From: Macrostomum hystrix
Taxonomy: Eukaryota > Animalia > Platyhelminthes
Direction of reading: 5' to 3'
Assembly: GCA_950097015.1 (NCBI GenBank)
Contig: CATNEN010000025.1
Coordinates: forward strand, 9,300,001 to 9,364,000
DNA length: 64,000 nucleotides
Below are positions 43,912 to 56,139 of this stretch, one piece after another (position 1 is the first letter of the stretch; the number at the start of each line of letters is the position of its first letter). A program made the translations under genes and the position numbers. The notes under the pieces are model-generated. The model was not told the DNA's origin and searched no databases. It worked only from the letters and a program-made list of their open reading frames with translations.

Positions 43912-46900
43912 TTATTCTGAGAAAACTGGGGCACGTCTCCTCTTCCTTGACGGCTCAGCAGCAGCAGCAGCAGCAGCAGCATCAGCAGCAACATCATGCC
44001 GAAGACGATAGTGGCCGAACGGAAGACTTTCGTTGGAACTAATCCAAGCTCGCTTATCTTCCCACGTTGTCAAAGCTCGCTTGCGCTGCTGAATAGTATA
44101 AATCTCATGATGATGACTACCGATACGATGAGTGACAACATCATGAGTTTTGAGTGAGTCAAATGCAGCGACGTAATCCGCATGGCTAATGTCTTGCTTG
44201 AGCACTGCTTTCTGAACTTCTTTCGCAGCCTTTTTACTCGCGTTAGTAACAGTGCTTTGGAAGCTGTAGAGCTTTGGTCGGATAGGAATCCACTCATCGA
44301 ATTCAATCCCGCAGGATTCGTCCTTAATGCAACCAAGCTTTGCTTTAAAATTGTTAGACTTCAACGGGTGGTTGTCAACATAGTTGGAGGTATCTAGAAT
44401 GCCTCGTTGAATCAGAGCAGGCAAGAAGTCTCGCAGAAGGTCGATGTTCCTAACACATAGGAAAAATGTATCAGTATTACCGCCACAGAGCTCCAGACGC
44501 ACATTTTCTTTTTCAAACCATGGTTTTGATTTGGTGTACAGTAGTGAGTACATGTAAAGCTTACAAAATGTAGGCCAATGTAGATGGGTATATCCAGCTT
44601 CACTGTTGTTTTACTTTGCTCAAAGATGGTCGAATCTTCATTGATCACGATTACCTCCTTCAGATTTGGCTTTGACGCAAGCATCTTCGCTTTTGCTTCG
44701 TTGTTGCAAATTCGGATTGTTCTCCTTTTCCTGACATTTTCCATAGTCTTTCCAAAAACTGAATGGTCTTGAGCTTGTAGTAGAGTTTCTCAAAGTCTGC
44801 CAAGGATGCCAAGAGCGAAGGATGCTATCCAACTATTGAATTCAACTACTTTCATTGCCTGTTCCAGATAGAACTTCAACATTCTGCAATGCACAATATA
44901 GCCCTGCTTGTCATAGCAATTGAGTAGCAGCTTTCTGTTGCCCTTGTACACTCGACCGTCTGGATTGAGACTGTACCAGAGCTGCTGCATGAATTCTGGG
45001 AGCTCTTCAAATTCGATTGAACACTTTTCAGGTGCCAGAGGTAGTTCGCTAGTTTGCTCATGAAGTTCTGGAGAGTAATGTAAATCAACCTCAATCAGAA
45101 ATGCTTCAGGTGAATCGTCCTGCTGACTTAGAATGGTAGCCTCAGTCCAGGTTCTGAGAACTTCCGGCTCGACCCATCGGAAATCCTTACAGGGTAGCGG
45201 CATAGAAAGTGCGACTCCATATAAATTATTAACATCAAGCGAAATATGTGAAGCTGATTCAACATCTGACTTGATTGTTGCTGCTTGGTGCACATTAACA
45301 AAGCACATCCGCCGCGCACGCCTTCTTCAAACGTCCTGTACATAGTGTTGTCAGTCAAAAGTTCAAGCTTACTTGTGGTGCTCTTCATGGCCGATGAAAA
45401 CGACAATCCAGGAGTAGAGATTAAATGGACGGGATCAAGGCCATCGTCCTGAATGCTTAATCGTCTAAAAGATTCAAATATGTCTGCAAGCTGTCTGACG
45501 TCCATTTGAAGATAGGCGAGTATGTAGTCATTCAAAGTTTCGGCTCCGAATTCTTCCCAAGCTCTTCTCGCTCCGTCATACTGTGTCGGGGAGCACTCAG
45601 TCTTTGAGAGGGTGTTGAAGAATGCTTCCCGAGGTGGCAGCTCTCTCAACTCTAAGTCTGCAGCACTTTTAACGAACTCGTATGGAAAAACGCCTTTGCC
45701 CTCGAGAGTAGAGTTGCTGAGTTTCGGATAGAATTCTTTCAAGCGACCTGTGTGGGTTCGCTCGGTTGCTGGCAAATCCCTGACAAGGCAATCCAAGCTG
45801 CTGCTTAGAAACTGCAAAGAATCCAAAAATTGAATCGTCACGTAAAGTGGCACATTCTTTCCTTGAATTGTTACTGCATCAACTTTTACTTTAGCAGCAA
45901 GAGATAAATACTTCTCTGTGGATATTGGCACCACATTAAGTCGCCAATGCTTCATTCTTCCCAATGCCCCAGAAAAAATTAGATGCATGCCGTAGTTTTT
46001 AAGATTTTGAAACAGAACAGGCAAGTATTGTCGCTTCAGCTGAGCAGAAAGGTTGCATTTTGAGCATGCAGCACCGCGGAACTCGCCTGAGAGATGGTAA
46101 TGATCCCACACCTTCAAAGAAGTTTAACCATCAAACTTCACACCACTTCACACAGACAAATCTCAGCTTCTCCGAATTCATCTTGAGCAGCTTCATTGAT
46201 GATTTTAGGTTGGTAACTGTGTTTCTTGTTCCACTCATAAATTTCATGAGACAGTCTTTCTAGATAGAAGAGGAACTTTTCAATATAGTTCTCAGTGCAT
46301 CGATTTATCAGCTTTTACTGCTGACACTACTAACACCAAGAAGTGGTCCTTTTACACCTGCACGTTGAACAACTAGACAACCTGCAGCCGCAGGTTGTGA
46401 TGGTAAATATTTCTCGGTCCTGATAAAGCTTCTGGGTTCATTGGCTCATTGAATGACTCAAGGTCAGCGTATACAACAAATGTAGGAGAAATAGTCTTCT
46501 CAAGACTAGTAAATGATAGCATACATTTTAATTTTGTGGGCATCACTTCTTTCTGTGTATAGCTGTTGGACTGATAACATTCATCACGATGTGTGCGGAG
46601 GCGCTCGTCAGATTTAAAAGATGTCAGGCATCTTTCGCACCATTTACGCTGATGCAGTCCGTAACGACTATTGAGAAGACGGTTGAGGCTAACAATCCCA
46701 CACCAATGCCCTTTGGTGCTAGTGTTGGTGACGGTGTTAAAATCACTTTTTGTCAGAAGCAGTAGTGGAATTACTTTTCTACCTTCGGTGAGTTCTGCAT
46801 TCGGCTGTCTCAACACTTCAACTGTCCCATTCTTCCAAGTCAACACAGAGAAGCACAACGAGGGATTATTAAACTCGATTCGATCAAGATAACTAATCTG

Positions 46901-47431
46901 AACGGGCTTTTGTACACCATCCAAATTTATTTCATGAAGCCATTTCTGGTAGGATGATAATCGATGAGGCGATTTTCTGATTGCGCTATCATCATGGTGA
47001 AGGACAGAAATGCAGGCATAAACAAAGCAATCATCACCAGTGCTAGGTGGATTAATAACAGCCTGCTTCACTTTTAGATCATGCGGTAGCTCGAATTGAT
47101 CGGCATGACCAGCATAATAGCGAATTCTGTCCCCATGCGATATAGACAAGTCAACGTAATTGACACGGCCGAGCACCCAGCCGCTGCCATTAGTGTTTAA
47201 CAGCTCAATGACTCTCTCACAGCCATTCAATTGGTCAGTCCACCATGAGCCGATTTCATCAACTGAGTCTAGCTGTTTCATAGGAACACTAATCCACTTA
47301 TCCTCCTCAGCCACCATCTCAACTGCTTTCAACCGCTGCATGTGCACATTAAGCTTCAGCTGAGCACGCACCAGTTGGTTCACACCAACAAGCAGTCTCT
47401 CAGAGAGCATCTGGCAAATATAGTCCTTCAT
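43912..47431 (-). pseudogene. Protein-primed family B DNA polymerase of the Polinton (multiple frameshifts)
   Basis: NGSGWVL, KQAVIN...CFVYAC, VVYADLES, endonuclease-VII-like VWDHYHLSGEFRGAACSKCNL, FLDSLQFL, KGVFPYEF, EEGVRGG, LDVNNLYG, KLGCIKDE, RPKLYS, TWEDKR. Confidence 0.93.
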
Positions 47432-47454
47432 CGCTGCCACACCTGTAGCGTATT

Positions 47455-48065
47455 GCTGCTGCTGCTGCTGTTGTTGTTGTAGAGGCATGAGGCGCCGAGT
47501 GAGCTCCGTCTCGCCAGCGCCACCGACCTAGCGGGGTCGGACGTCAGCACATTAAGATTGAGGTCGTCACTGTCGAAAGTAGCCAGTCTCTCCCTGCGGA
47601 GGGCCGGGCATTGAAGCCAGTGTTCCACGTCTTCCGGGGCTATTCCGCAACGGAGACAGGTGGGGTCGGCGTGCGGGTTGATAATGCTGCTATAGGCCCG
47701 CAGAAGGCTACAGTAGCCCGAACGCAGCCTGGCCAAGAGCACCGCGTCCTGACGGGTGCGAATCTCAGCCCTGTCCCGCTGGCGGTCCAGGGCGCCGTAG
47801 GCGGCAGCTGTCCGGGCATGTCTGATGGGCGGGTCTGCAATGTGACGTCGGGCGGCCGCCAGCGCACTCCACAGCGAAATAGGCGCGCTGGTGTTGTCGG
47901 TAGGAGCAGCAGCCGCCTGCTTGGCCGCCTGATCGGCTAGCTCGTTACCAGCCTGCCCGCAGTGCCCCGGAACCCACTGGAGCATGAGAACGGCCGCTGG
48001 AGTGCGAAGATCCGGGAGAGCGCTGCGCGCTGGGGCTTTCCCAGCCAGGGCCGACAGCAGAGAAA
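47455..48065 (-). mobile_element. 5'-truncated RNase H-containing non-LTR retrotransposon (I-group-like) 3' end with a (CAA)n(CAG)n tail
   Basis: SLLSAL...LQWVPGHCGQAGNELADQAAK (RNase H), LARLRSGY, CLRC...EDVEHWLQCP zinc motif. Flanked by a GCTGCTGCTG(TTG) duplication. Confidence 0.85.
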
Positions 48066-49256
48066 GCTGCTGCTGTTGCTGCTCCCGGTATCGCAGTTTT
48101 TTTCGCCAGTCTTTCTCTGACCGGGTTTAGACTCAGAATCTGAAAGCGTCCTTTGATCTATCAAATCAGACCAGTTAGTGCCAGTTGAATCCGACAAGTC
48201 TGTGTCTGTGGACTCTGACAAATCAGTGCCTGCTGACTCCGACAAGTCTGTGTCTGTGGACTCTGACAAATCAGTGCCTGCTGACTCCGACAAGTCTGTG
48301 TCTGTGGACTCTGACAAATCAGTGCCTGCTGACTCCGACAAGTCTGTGTCTGTGGACTCTGACAAATCAGTGCCTGCTGACTCCGACAAGTCTGTGTCTG
48401 TGGACTCTGACAAATCAGTGCCTGCTGACTCCGACAAGTCTGTGTCTGTGGACTCTGACAAATCAGTGCCTGCTGACTCCGACAAGTCTGTGTCTGTGGA
48501 CTCTGACAAATCAGTGCCTGCTGACTCCGACAAGTCTGTGTCTGTGGACTCTGACAAATCAGTGCCTGCTGACTCCGACAAGTCTGTGTCTGTGGACTCT
48601 GACAAATCAGTGCCTGCTGACTCCGACAAGTCTGTGTCTGTGGACTCTGACAAATCAGTGCCTGCTGACTCCGACAAGTCTGTGTCTGTGGACTCTGACA
48701 AATCAGTGCCTGCTGACTCCGACAAGTCTGTGTCTGTGGACTCTGACAAATCAGTGCCTGCTGACTCCGACAAGTCTGTGTCTGTGGACTCTGACAAATC
48801 AGTGCCTGCTGACTCCGACAAGTCTGTGTCTGTGGACTCTGACAAATCAGTGCCTGCTGACTCCGACAAGTCTGTGTCTGTGGACTCTGACAAATCAGTG
48901 CCTGCTGACTCCGACAAGTCTGTGTCTGTGGACTCTGACAAATCAGTGCCTGCTGACTCCGACAAGTCTGTGTCTGTGGACTCTGACAAATCAGTGCCTG
49001 CTGACTCCGACAAGTCTGTGTCTGTGGACTCTGACAAATCAGTGCCTGCTGACTCCGACAAGTCTGTGTCTGTGGACTCTGACAAATCAGTGCCTGCTGA
49101 CTCCGACAAGTCTGTGTCTGTGGACTCTGACAAATCAGTGCCTGCTGACTCCGACAAGTCTGTGTCTGTGGACTCTGACAAGTCTTCTTCTATGTCCGAC
49201 GATTTTTCATCAAAGTCTGAGATGTGCGCACCAGATGATTGAACACTTTTACTAGA
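48066..49256 (-). CDS. Putative acidic Ser/Asp/Thr-rich Polinton ORF or exon containing the 16-aa repeat DLSESTDTDLSESAGT
   Basis: Acceptor TTTAATTTCAG| at 49257. The frame is open and similarly composed on both sides of the array (SDFDEKSSDIEEDL...; DLSDSTGTNWSDL). With the LINE removed it ends at TGA 47428. Confidence 0.4.
48193..49184. repeat. 48-bp (2x24) array, ~20.6 copies that look identical, inside the Polinton
   Basis: Unit GACAAGTCTGTGTCTGTGGACTCTGACAAATCAGTGCCTGCTGACTCC; starts at 48193 and 49153 are 960 bp apart. Confidence 0.98.
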
Positions 49257-49509
49257 CTGAAATTAAACAAAATAATATTTTTCACAATAAAAGCGAGTCA
49301 ATGAATGCCGATCAATCCAGTTGTACTTGCTAAACTTACAATAGAACAATCACAAGCCAACTTACTCTAGTTAGATTGAATTGCTCGAGTCGCACACAAA
49401 TATAGAAAAGTGCAGGTGAGATTCAAAATCCATTTTACTAAACTGTACTTTTTTCTTCCTAAAAAATAGTAATAATAGAAACTATAACAAAAGATATTAC
49501 ATTTTCCCA

Positions 49510-49715
49510 CTCGGGGTCAGATGTGCAGCCGACAGCACAGCCGCAGTGAAGGCTGCGTACGGCTGTTCAGTCCGTGGACTGAGGGGACAACACACCACCT
49601 ACGAGTAATTCAATTACCCCAATTCAGAGTAAAGTGTCTTGCTAAAGGACACAAAATTGCACCAGTGGAGTTGCGATTCGAATCTAACCACCAGGCTAAC
49701 CCACTCTAAAAAATA
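49510..49715 (-). mobile_element. SINE family B copy inside the Polinton
   Basis: TGTGTCCTTTAGCAAGACACTTTACTC (CORE-like) and tail CAGTCCACGGACTGAACAGCCG. Confidence 0.65.
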
Positions 49716-50178
49716 TGAATACAAGATTATGTTGCAATGAAGCGCTTGCACAATCAGCCAGTATATATATAACGTAATATATACATATATGCATAATGCA
49801 TACAAAGAAAAAACACTATCGTTTACTCTTTTTTGTTCCGAAAGCACTTAAGATGTTCAATTAGCCAAAATGTATTTTGAATTTCCAGCACTGCTGATTT
49901 ATAACTGAAGTTTGGTTTTTACCAAAAGCTGACAAATAAAAGATGACATTGACAATGAAGCAGCGTAGAACTCATGCTTGAACTATGAAAGTAAGTACGA
50001 GCTACACTTTTTAAAAAGCCCAGGAAATGGACATTTTGTGTTTCGAAAATTACAAATTTTGTATGACGCTTAAAAAAATAATTTTCCTTTTTGAAAATAT
50101 TTTGATCAAATCGAATCCAAGAGTGAAGCACGGAGTTGTGTGCGTCGATGTGTGTGTGTGTGTAAATGCAGGAATAGG

Positions 50179-51130
50179 TTAAATGGGAGTGAGCGTAACT
50201 TTGTTACCTTCAATCAGAACATTATAACCAGCACCAGTTACATATGGAAGCAGAGTATTCACTGTCATATTGTTAGCAGTAGCAGCTTCACTAGTCGGTC
50301 TGTTGCTGTTGTTGTCCTTGTTTGTTTCCACAGAAATCAGAGGCGGCACTTCAAAGCCCGCCAGCAGCTCGCCAGCATCGATGGCAGTCAAAGCTGGGAT
50401 CCAAATAGCCGCCGCCAACACGTCGCCATGATCATTGCTAGCGTTTGGAGCAGCCAAGGCAGCAGCAGAACTAATAGTACCAGTAGTAGCAGACACAGCT
50501 CCACTTGCAACAGCTTGATCACCAGTCGAAGCAGACGATGTCACATCACCAATCGGAGCGAAGACATCAGGTTCAATATCCATGGATTCACTACCATCTT
50601 CTTCATCAATCATCGGGCTGGGGGGTTGAAGCATCTGCTTGACCCTGATGACTGGTGCATGAAGTACAGCTGGCGCTACTGATTGCACAGCAGCTTGAGT
50701 CTCTCGCCCCTCACCATTATCATCATCAGCAGCAGCATTGCTGATGTCTTTGTCGTGGCGACGACCACTAATTGGAGTCACAAAGTCCTCACTAGAGCTG
50801 GTGCTGCTGGCTCTGGATCTGATGACTCCATTGATGACTTGACTGAGCGCACTCATTCGTTGCATTGCTGCATCTTTCTCCTGCTTGCAGCGCTTTGCTG
50901 CTCCCATGACAATTCGCCGAAACAAGCGCTCAGCTTCTTCATTACCGGGGAGCAGCTGATGATTTCGATGAGCCTTGGTATTTTTTGCAGCACCTTGTTC
51001 GTTGAACACAGAGACCTCCGAGCACTGTCCATTTCACTTTTTCACATTTTTCATGGCGATCGGATCGGAGTCCTCCTTGCTGACACTTCATACAGTCCAA
51101 ACAAGTTTCGTAATGCCAAACTGAAGACAT
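50179..51130 (-). CDS. Uncharacterised Polinton ORF next to the right TIR: Cys/His-rich N-terminus and low-complexity Ala/Ser region, probably spliced
   Basis: MSSVWHYETCLDCMKC...DRHEKC, then a shift into the 276-aa ORF 50179-51009. Donor GAAG|GTAAC at its 3' end. Confidence 0.4.
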
Positions 51131-51686
51131 TTTTTCGCTTCTCGTTTTTTATTATTATAAAGACAGAGATAGCCTCAGAGCAAAGAAAATTGCCCCCCCT
51201 ATATACCAGTTCAAGGTATCAGAAGCGATTCTGCTAGCTTCAAATAAATATAAACCGATAAGATCTTATTTAATCCACCAGCTTAATAATAGATGAGATA
51301 AATTGCAAAACCGTTTTATTTTTACCATCACACCGCTCGCTGTTATCACTTATTAGTTCCCCCCCTGGTATCTAATAAATTAGCGCGCAGGGCCTCACTT
51401 GTTTATCTCATTCCATTCTCACTTATTCCATTTTTTTTTCTCACCTTTGTAACCATGCGCTTGCCAGTTAAGCACTCACAGACCGCCTCAAAACTGTTCG
51501 TGAAACAATTTTTCATATTACAAAACGGCACAAGAGCAGCGCGGAAGTCTTTAAAAGTTAATCAATGAACTCTCTGGCCTCCCAATTAATTTCTATTCCT
51601 CCACCATAGATCAGTTTTCATTACCCATGCGTACTGGGGCCCGTATCTCCAACTCCCACCTCACACCTCACCCACCCTCCATCGGC

Positions 51687-52158
51687 CTCTGCGCAGCGCG
51701 ATTGGTTATCTTCCACCATTATCTGCTTTCCCGCTTGCCACAGCCACAACCATATCACCATAGAGTCATAAAATCTCTTACCTGGCTCGGCCTGCGCTCC
51801 ACTGCAGGTGGGGCACAACTCCCTTACCTGATTGGCTCAGCCATCCCAGCAGCATAGACCCAACCCCTACTATCAATTTGCATTGTCGCTTTAATTATCT
51901 CCTCAGTACAAGTGCGGCAGAGTTGCATAAAGTCATACTACAGCTCTATCTCTTCAGACTCAAGATTCAGAACTATACTCACGAATCCCCAATGTTTTCC
52001 GGATATACACATTTTATATATTATATGAGCTAGATAGAATATACAGACATATAGATACATACCTTTTACCTTGACTGCTCACCAATTCTAAACTACATTG
52101 CATGCCATGGAATTTCCACGGAATTTCCTGCGGCCGTGTTCTGCTAACCCCTACTACT
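51687..52158 (-). repeat. Polinton right TIR (472 bp)
   Basis: Ends CCCCTACTACT; inverted match to 40429-40900. Confidence 0.95.
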
Positions 52159-52159
52159 G

Positions 52160-54095
52160 TAACTACAAATCAGCCACAGCCTCGTGCAGAAGGTCGGTGA
52201 ACTGGCCAGTCTGCAAGCGCTGGCGTTCACTAAGACGCAGAATGAAGGAGCAGGACGGGAAACATGCTGAGAAGGCCTCACGCTCAGTGAACCCAACAGC
52301 CTCTTCAAAAAATGTGACGATGGCAGTCAGTGCCAGACAAATGCAGAGAACGCATCAGGAGCTCCCGCAAGGGACTCGAAACCAGCTGAGGCAGGAAGCA
52401 ACAGTAGTACCAAACAGAAAGTTAAAGGTCTGAAAAAGCATGATATAGTCGTTGTCAGCTCAAAGCTAGGGAAAGCCATTAACTATCGCAGACTCTTCCC
52501 GAATAGTACAATTCGAGTTGTCTACTACAACACTCAAGAAAGGCTCATTGACTTACTGAAAGAGGCAAACTTCAGTGCGCAAGAATGTCTGGTAATTGAC
52601 CTTATCCATGAGCCATCAGCTATAGAGAGTCACGAGGCGGCGGTGCAACTGGCTACAGGAACTATCGAGCGCATAGCAGCTACCCAGTTCGAGATGCCAA
52701 TTACATCCGTAGCGAAATAGACTACCGCATCAGCACCAACGGCTATGTTGACAGCAGTCGTGGTAGCCGCTATCGAATCAGCAACGAGTACGACTACAAC
52801 AACAGAGACCACAAAAACTTTAAAAGTGGCTATCGCGCCAACATCGGGCCCAGCAACTACCGCAGAAGTAGCTTTGGGTACCGCAACAGATACCAACAAG
52901 TTGCATGGTCTCAGGCGCCTCGATGACCGCCAGTTTCGTTGCGTCGACTAAGACCGCCTGTCCAAGCCTGTGCGGCATCAACAACTTCAATCGCCGGTGG
53001 GGTGGGGTGGCGTCTAACTCCTTCGCCTAATAACTTTCTATTTTTGATACCGTCGAATCCCATACCGCGCAACTGGCTCTAAGAACTACAACTCCCTCTT
53101 TCTATGACAATTTCTACGCTAAATTTTAACTCCCGAATAATTTGTTCACTGAAGCACAGGGCAGCTGCGAAAAGAAGATTACTTATAATAAGTCAGAGTT
53201 GATTATCACCAGTTGGACCATAGATGGACTGATGCTCAGTGGAGAATGCAAAATGGAGTCACCAAGTTTCCACGAACATATTAGGAATAGAGACATAGTT
53301 TTCCTCTGTGAGACCCACGCCAAACAGGAGCAGCTAGACTTAAACACGCCTAGACTTAAACGCTGCCTTGGAGCAGATGGAATCAAGGCAAGCTGGGAGT
53401 CAACAAAGGGAGATTATCAAACGGCATGGTTTACCTCGTAAAAATAATATTGCAAAGAGAACCACCTTAGTGCACAAATCTGACTTCGCTCTGGTACTAA
53501 AAATAAAGCAAAAGCAGTCTGAAAAACCTCTGTGTATCTTAGGGTGTGACATCCCAGACCCACCGGAAGATTCCAAATACTACAAGGAAGATATATGGGA
53601 GAAGATTAAATATCTCATCCAACTCTTCTCAAGAGAGGGCTCCGTATTAACAGTAGGTGACTTCAATGCACGAACTGGCACATTACAGTCCAGCACAAGG
53701 GATAAGTTTCCCAGACAGAATCAGGACTCTGAGAAAAACAAGCATGGACTAAGACTGATGGAAATGTGCTCCGAGACCAAGAGCACGATGCTAAGGGATT
53801 CGTTTCGCAGCGACACCTTCATTAAAGATAAACAATTAACAACTTGCTGTACTGCGATGATCTAGTGATCTTTGTAGAGAATCCACGAGAGCTGCTTGGT
53901 TATTAGGTTATTAGCTGCTGCTCTGACCCATCAAAGACGGCTAACAAACTATTTATGCAGGGACAACTGTTAGCGTCAAAGAATGGAAATATCTAGGCTT
54001 TCACGTCAATGCTAAAGGAACCGTGGATTCCCACCCATGCCACAGAGATTAACAAAAAATGGGGATTCTCTATTCTTGATCTCTTAAGGAAATTG
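52160..54095 (+). mobile_element. Degenerate LINE (esterase-like ORF1, APE endonuclease, internally deleted RT)
   Basis: ORF1-like DIVVVSSKLGK...RLFP...LVIDL; APE motifs IITSWTIDGL, DIVFLCETH, VGDFNARTG, NKHGLRL; then directly LLYCDDLVI (53850) and KYLG of RT. Confidence 0.75.
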
Positions 54096-54240
54096 GGGTG
54101 TTGCAGTTGATGACGCATAGGGTGTTGCACTTGATGACGCATAGGGTGTTGCACTTGATGACGCATAGGGTTTTGCACTTGATGACGCATAGGGTGTTGC
54201 ACTTGATGACGCATGGGGTGTTGCGCTTGATGACGCATGA
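54096..54240. repeat. 24-bp tandem repeat (GATGACGCATAGGGTGTTGCACTT), ~6 units, at the LINE/Gypsy junction
   Basis: Read directly. Confidence 0.92.
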
Positions 54241-54244
54241 CCAT

Positions 54245-55093
54245 TCATTCAGACGGAAGTTCATTCCCACCACATATACTTAACTGGCTTCGCCACTCGC
54301 GGAGGCCCATGGTTGAGGTTGTTTCGCAGCCTCTCAGTCAGCGCTCCAATCAGTTCGTCAATGCCCGCCATGATGACGCCACCACGCCAACGAGCGACGC
54401 ACTCTCAGCGACTCACAAGCACAGCAAGTCCCCGTTCGGGCGCCAATTTGTATAGCCCTGGTCCCCGGCCTAGCCCGGCCCTGAGTTGCGAAGCCAGGTA
54501 CTAATACGAGTAGATGGGCCTTGCGTGCCTGCGCTGGAGCGCGAGGATGCACCGGCGTCTAGTTGGGGCGTGAGGACGTTCCCGCAGCTGCAAGTCGCGG
54601 CGGGTCGCTGGCTTGAGCGGCCTTCAGTCGACGCGTAAGGACGCGTAAGGACGCGCTCGCTGGCGTAAATAAAGCTGGTACCGTATCCGTTCCAGAGAGA
54701 CTTATACCTCTAGGCGGCGTTCGGACGCGCAAACCTCCCCCGCTATACGCAAAGAAATGACAAACGCCAACGCTTACAGTTAGAGGTGACGAGCTGAGTC
54801 TTGTCCGCTGCGCACTGAGGCAACTGGCTGATCGCCGGATGGCTTCGTTGGTTCTTATTTATTTCCGCACCCTCGCCTACATCTCACTCACAGGTCACAG
54901 TTGTCGCAATTGAGAGAAGGGGACGGGGACGGACGGCGGTGGTCGGCTGTCCCAGCCCGGCGCAGCTTTTAAATAAAGCCTGCACGCACGGGGGGGAGGG
55001 GGACGCACCACATCTGCCAACCCCTCACCCCAAGCCAACCGGCCTCGCCCGCACACCCAACTAACGAGCTTAACCAGGACACGGGGAAAAACA
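54245..55093 (-). mobile_element. 5' fragment of a second Gypsy family: LTR, tRNA-Lys PBS and gag start
   Basis: PBS TGGCGCCCGAACGGGGAC (54445-54428) lies 3 nt after ...TACA. TATA-like TATTTAAAAG ~54970 and AATAAA ~54860. ATG 54371 gives MAGIDELIGALTERLRNNL...VGMNFRL, similar to the Gag N-terminus at 63266. The outer LTR boundary is uncertain. Confidence 0.7.
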
Positions 55094-55110
55094 AGCACGG
55101 CCTCCACCTC

Positions 55111-55550
55111 TTAGAAGTGCCAGCTGTGAAACAAAATCAGCAATCCTAAATGGACTAAGTGAAGTAGCTGAAGGGGATATTTTAGGAAGCTCACTTATAG
55201 TTGTGCGATGGGACGCAGCACTATTAATTATGCCATGGTGTGCATAGATAGTCTTAAAATGGTGGAAGACTTCTTCGTCCAACCTCAAAGCTTCCTTAAT
55301 TTCATAGCACTCTCCCGTAACAGTCAAAGTCTGCATGCAGGACATGAAGCCACAGCAAGAGGCATGCAGGTACAAGACCGTAAACTATATCCAAGGCCGC
55401 CCATCTGGAATCCTGTTACACAGCAGCACTACATCGAAGGCCTGAAAAGCCAACAGAATCTGACTACATAAAACAAATTGTTACATGAAATAATTGAGAC
55501 CTCATCTGTTGACAAACTCACGTCTCAGTTGAATCATCTGCTGGAAGAGT
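55111..55550 (+). mobile_element. Second LINE fragment (APE C-terminal half)
   Basis: CETKSAILNG...GDILG...GRSTINYAMV. Confidence 0.6.
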
Positions 55551-55750
55551 CCGTCCCACAGCGCCAGTTACATTGCAGCAACATTGTAGCAATGTTACTA
55601 TTTTTAGTTGCAATGTTGACACATCAACCAACGGCAATATTGCAAAACGGCAATATTGCAATATCACGCAACGTAAACGGCAATGTTGACAAGATTGATG
55701 CTGCAACATTGACCTAAAGCGCTTCTGTTACATTGCATCGACATTGAAAT
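55545..55750. repeat. Cluster of short palindromic GCAACATTG/CAATGTTG motifs, probably a MITE remnant
   Basis: Repeated inverted motifs read directly; termini not defined. Confidence 0.4.
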
Positions 55751-56139
55751 CGATATCAAATCTACTTCAGCTTTTAGTAGCTGATTTGAAGCTTCTATTT
55801 GGCATCCACCAACACAGCAGTTGCATGCTGCTGTGGTAAAACAACATGAATTTAATATGCGGGTAAAATATCGGTACATGATGAGTGCTTTTTCACGTGT
55901 GACACGCGTAATTATCGAGCAGTAAATTAATTGCAATGAATGAGAGCGCTAGCTAACGGATAACCTCGATTCGAAAAAAGAACAAAAAGTAACTTCACAG
56001 ACAATTTGTTTAAATGAAAGTGGATTTTTGCGTTAAAAATAATTTTAAAGATTATTATTTAATTAATATTTATTACAGTAGGCAAAACATTTTAACTAGG
56101 ATATAAATTTTTCGTAGCAAGAAAAAGTATATATAATTC

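Larger units (their letters stand above)
40429..52158. mobile_element. Polinton/Maverick, internally deleted and non-autonomous, with secondary insertions
   Basis: 472-bp TIRs starting AGTAGTAG, a chromodomain integrase, a protein-primed PolB and a penton-like ORF. No major capsid protein, packaging ATPase or protease recognised. The flanks (ATTATC / GTAACT) do not form a TSD. Confidence 0.93.

Noticed and set aside
42268-47431. Integrase and PolB possibly from different Polinton groups (chimera)
   Set aside because: This pairing of integrase with an endonuclease-VII-containing PolB is, to my knowledge, common; the claim cannot be supported without a phylogeny.
48178-49255. Plus-strand 354- and 356-aa ORFs through the 48-bp array
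   Set aside because: They are confined to the array; only the minus frame has compositionally matching flanks and an acceptor.
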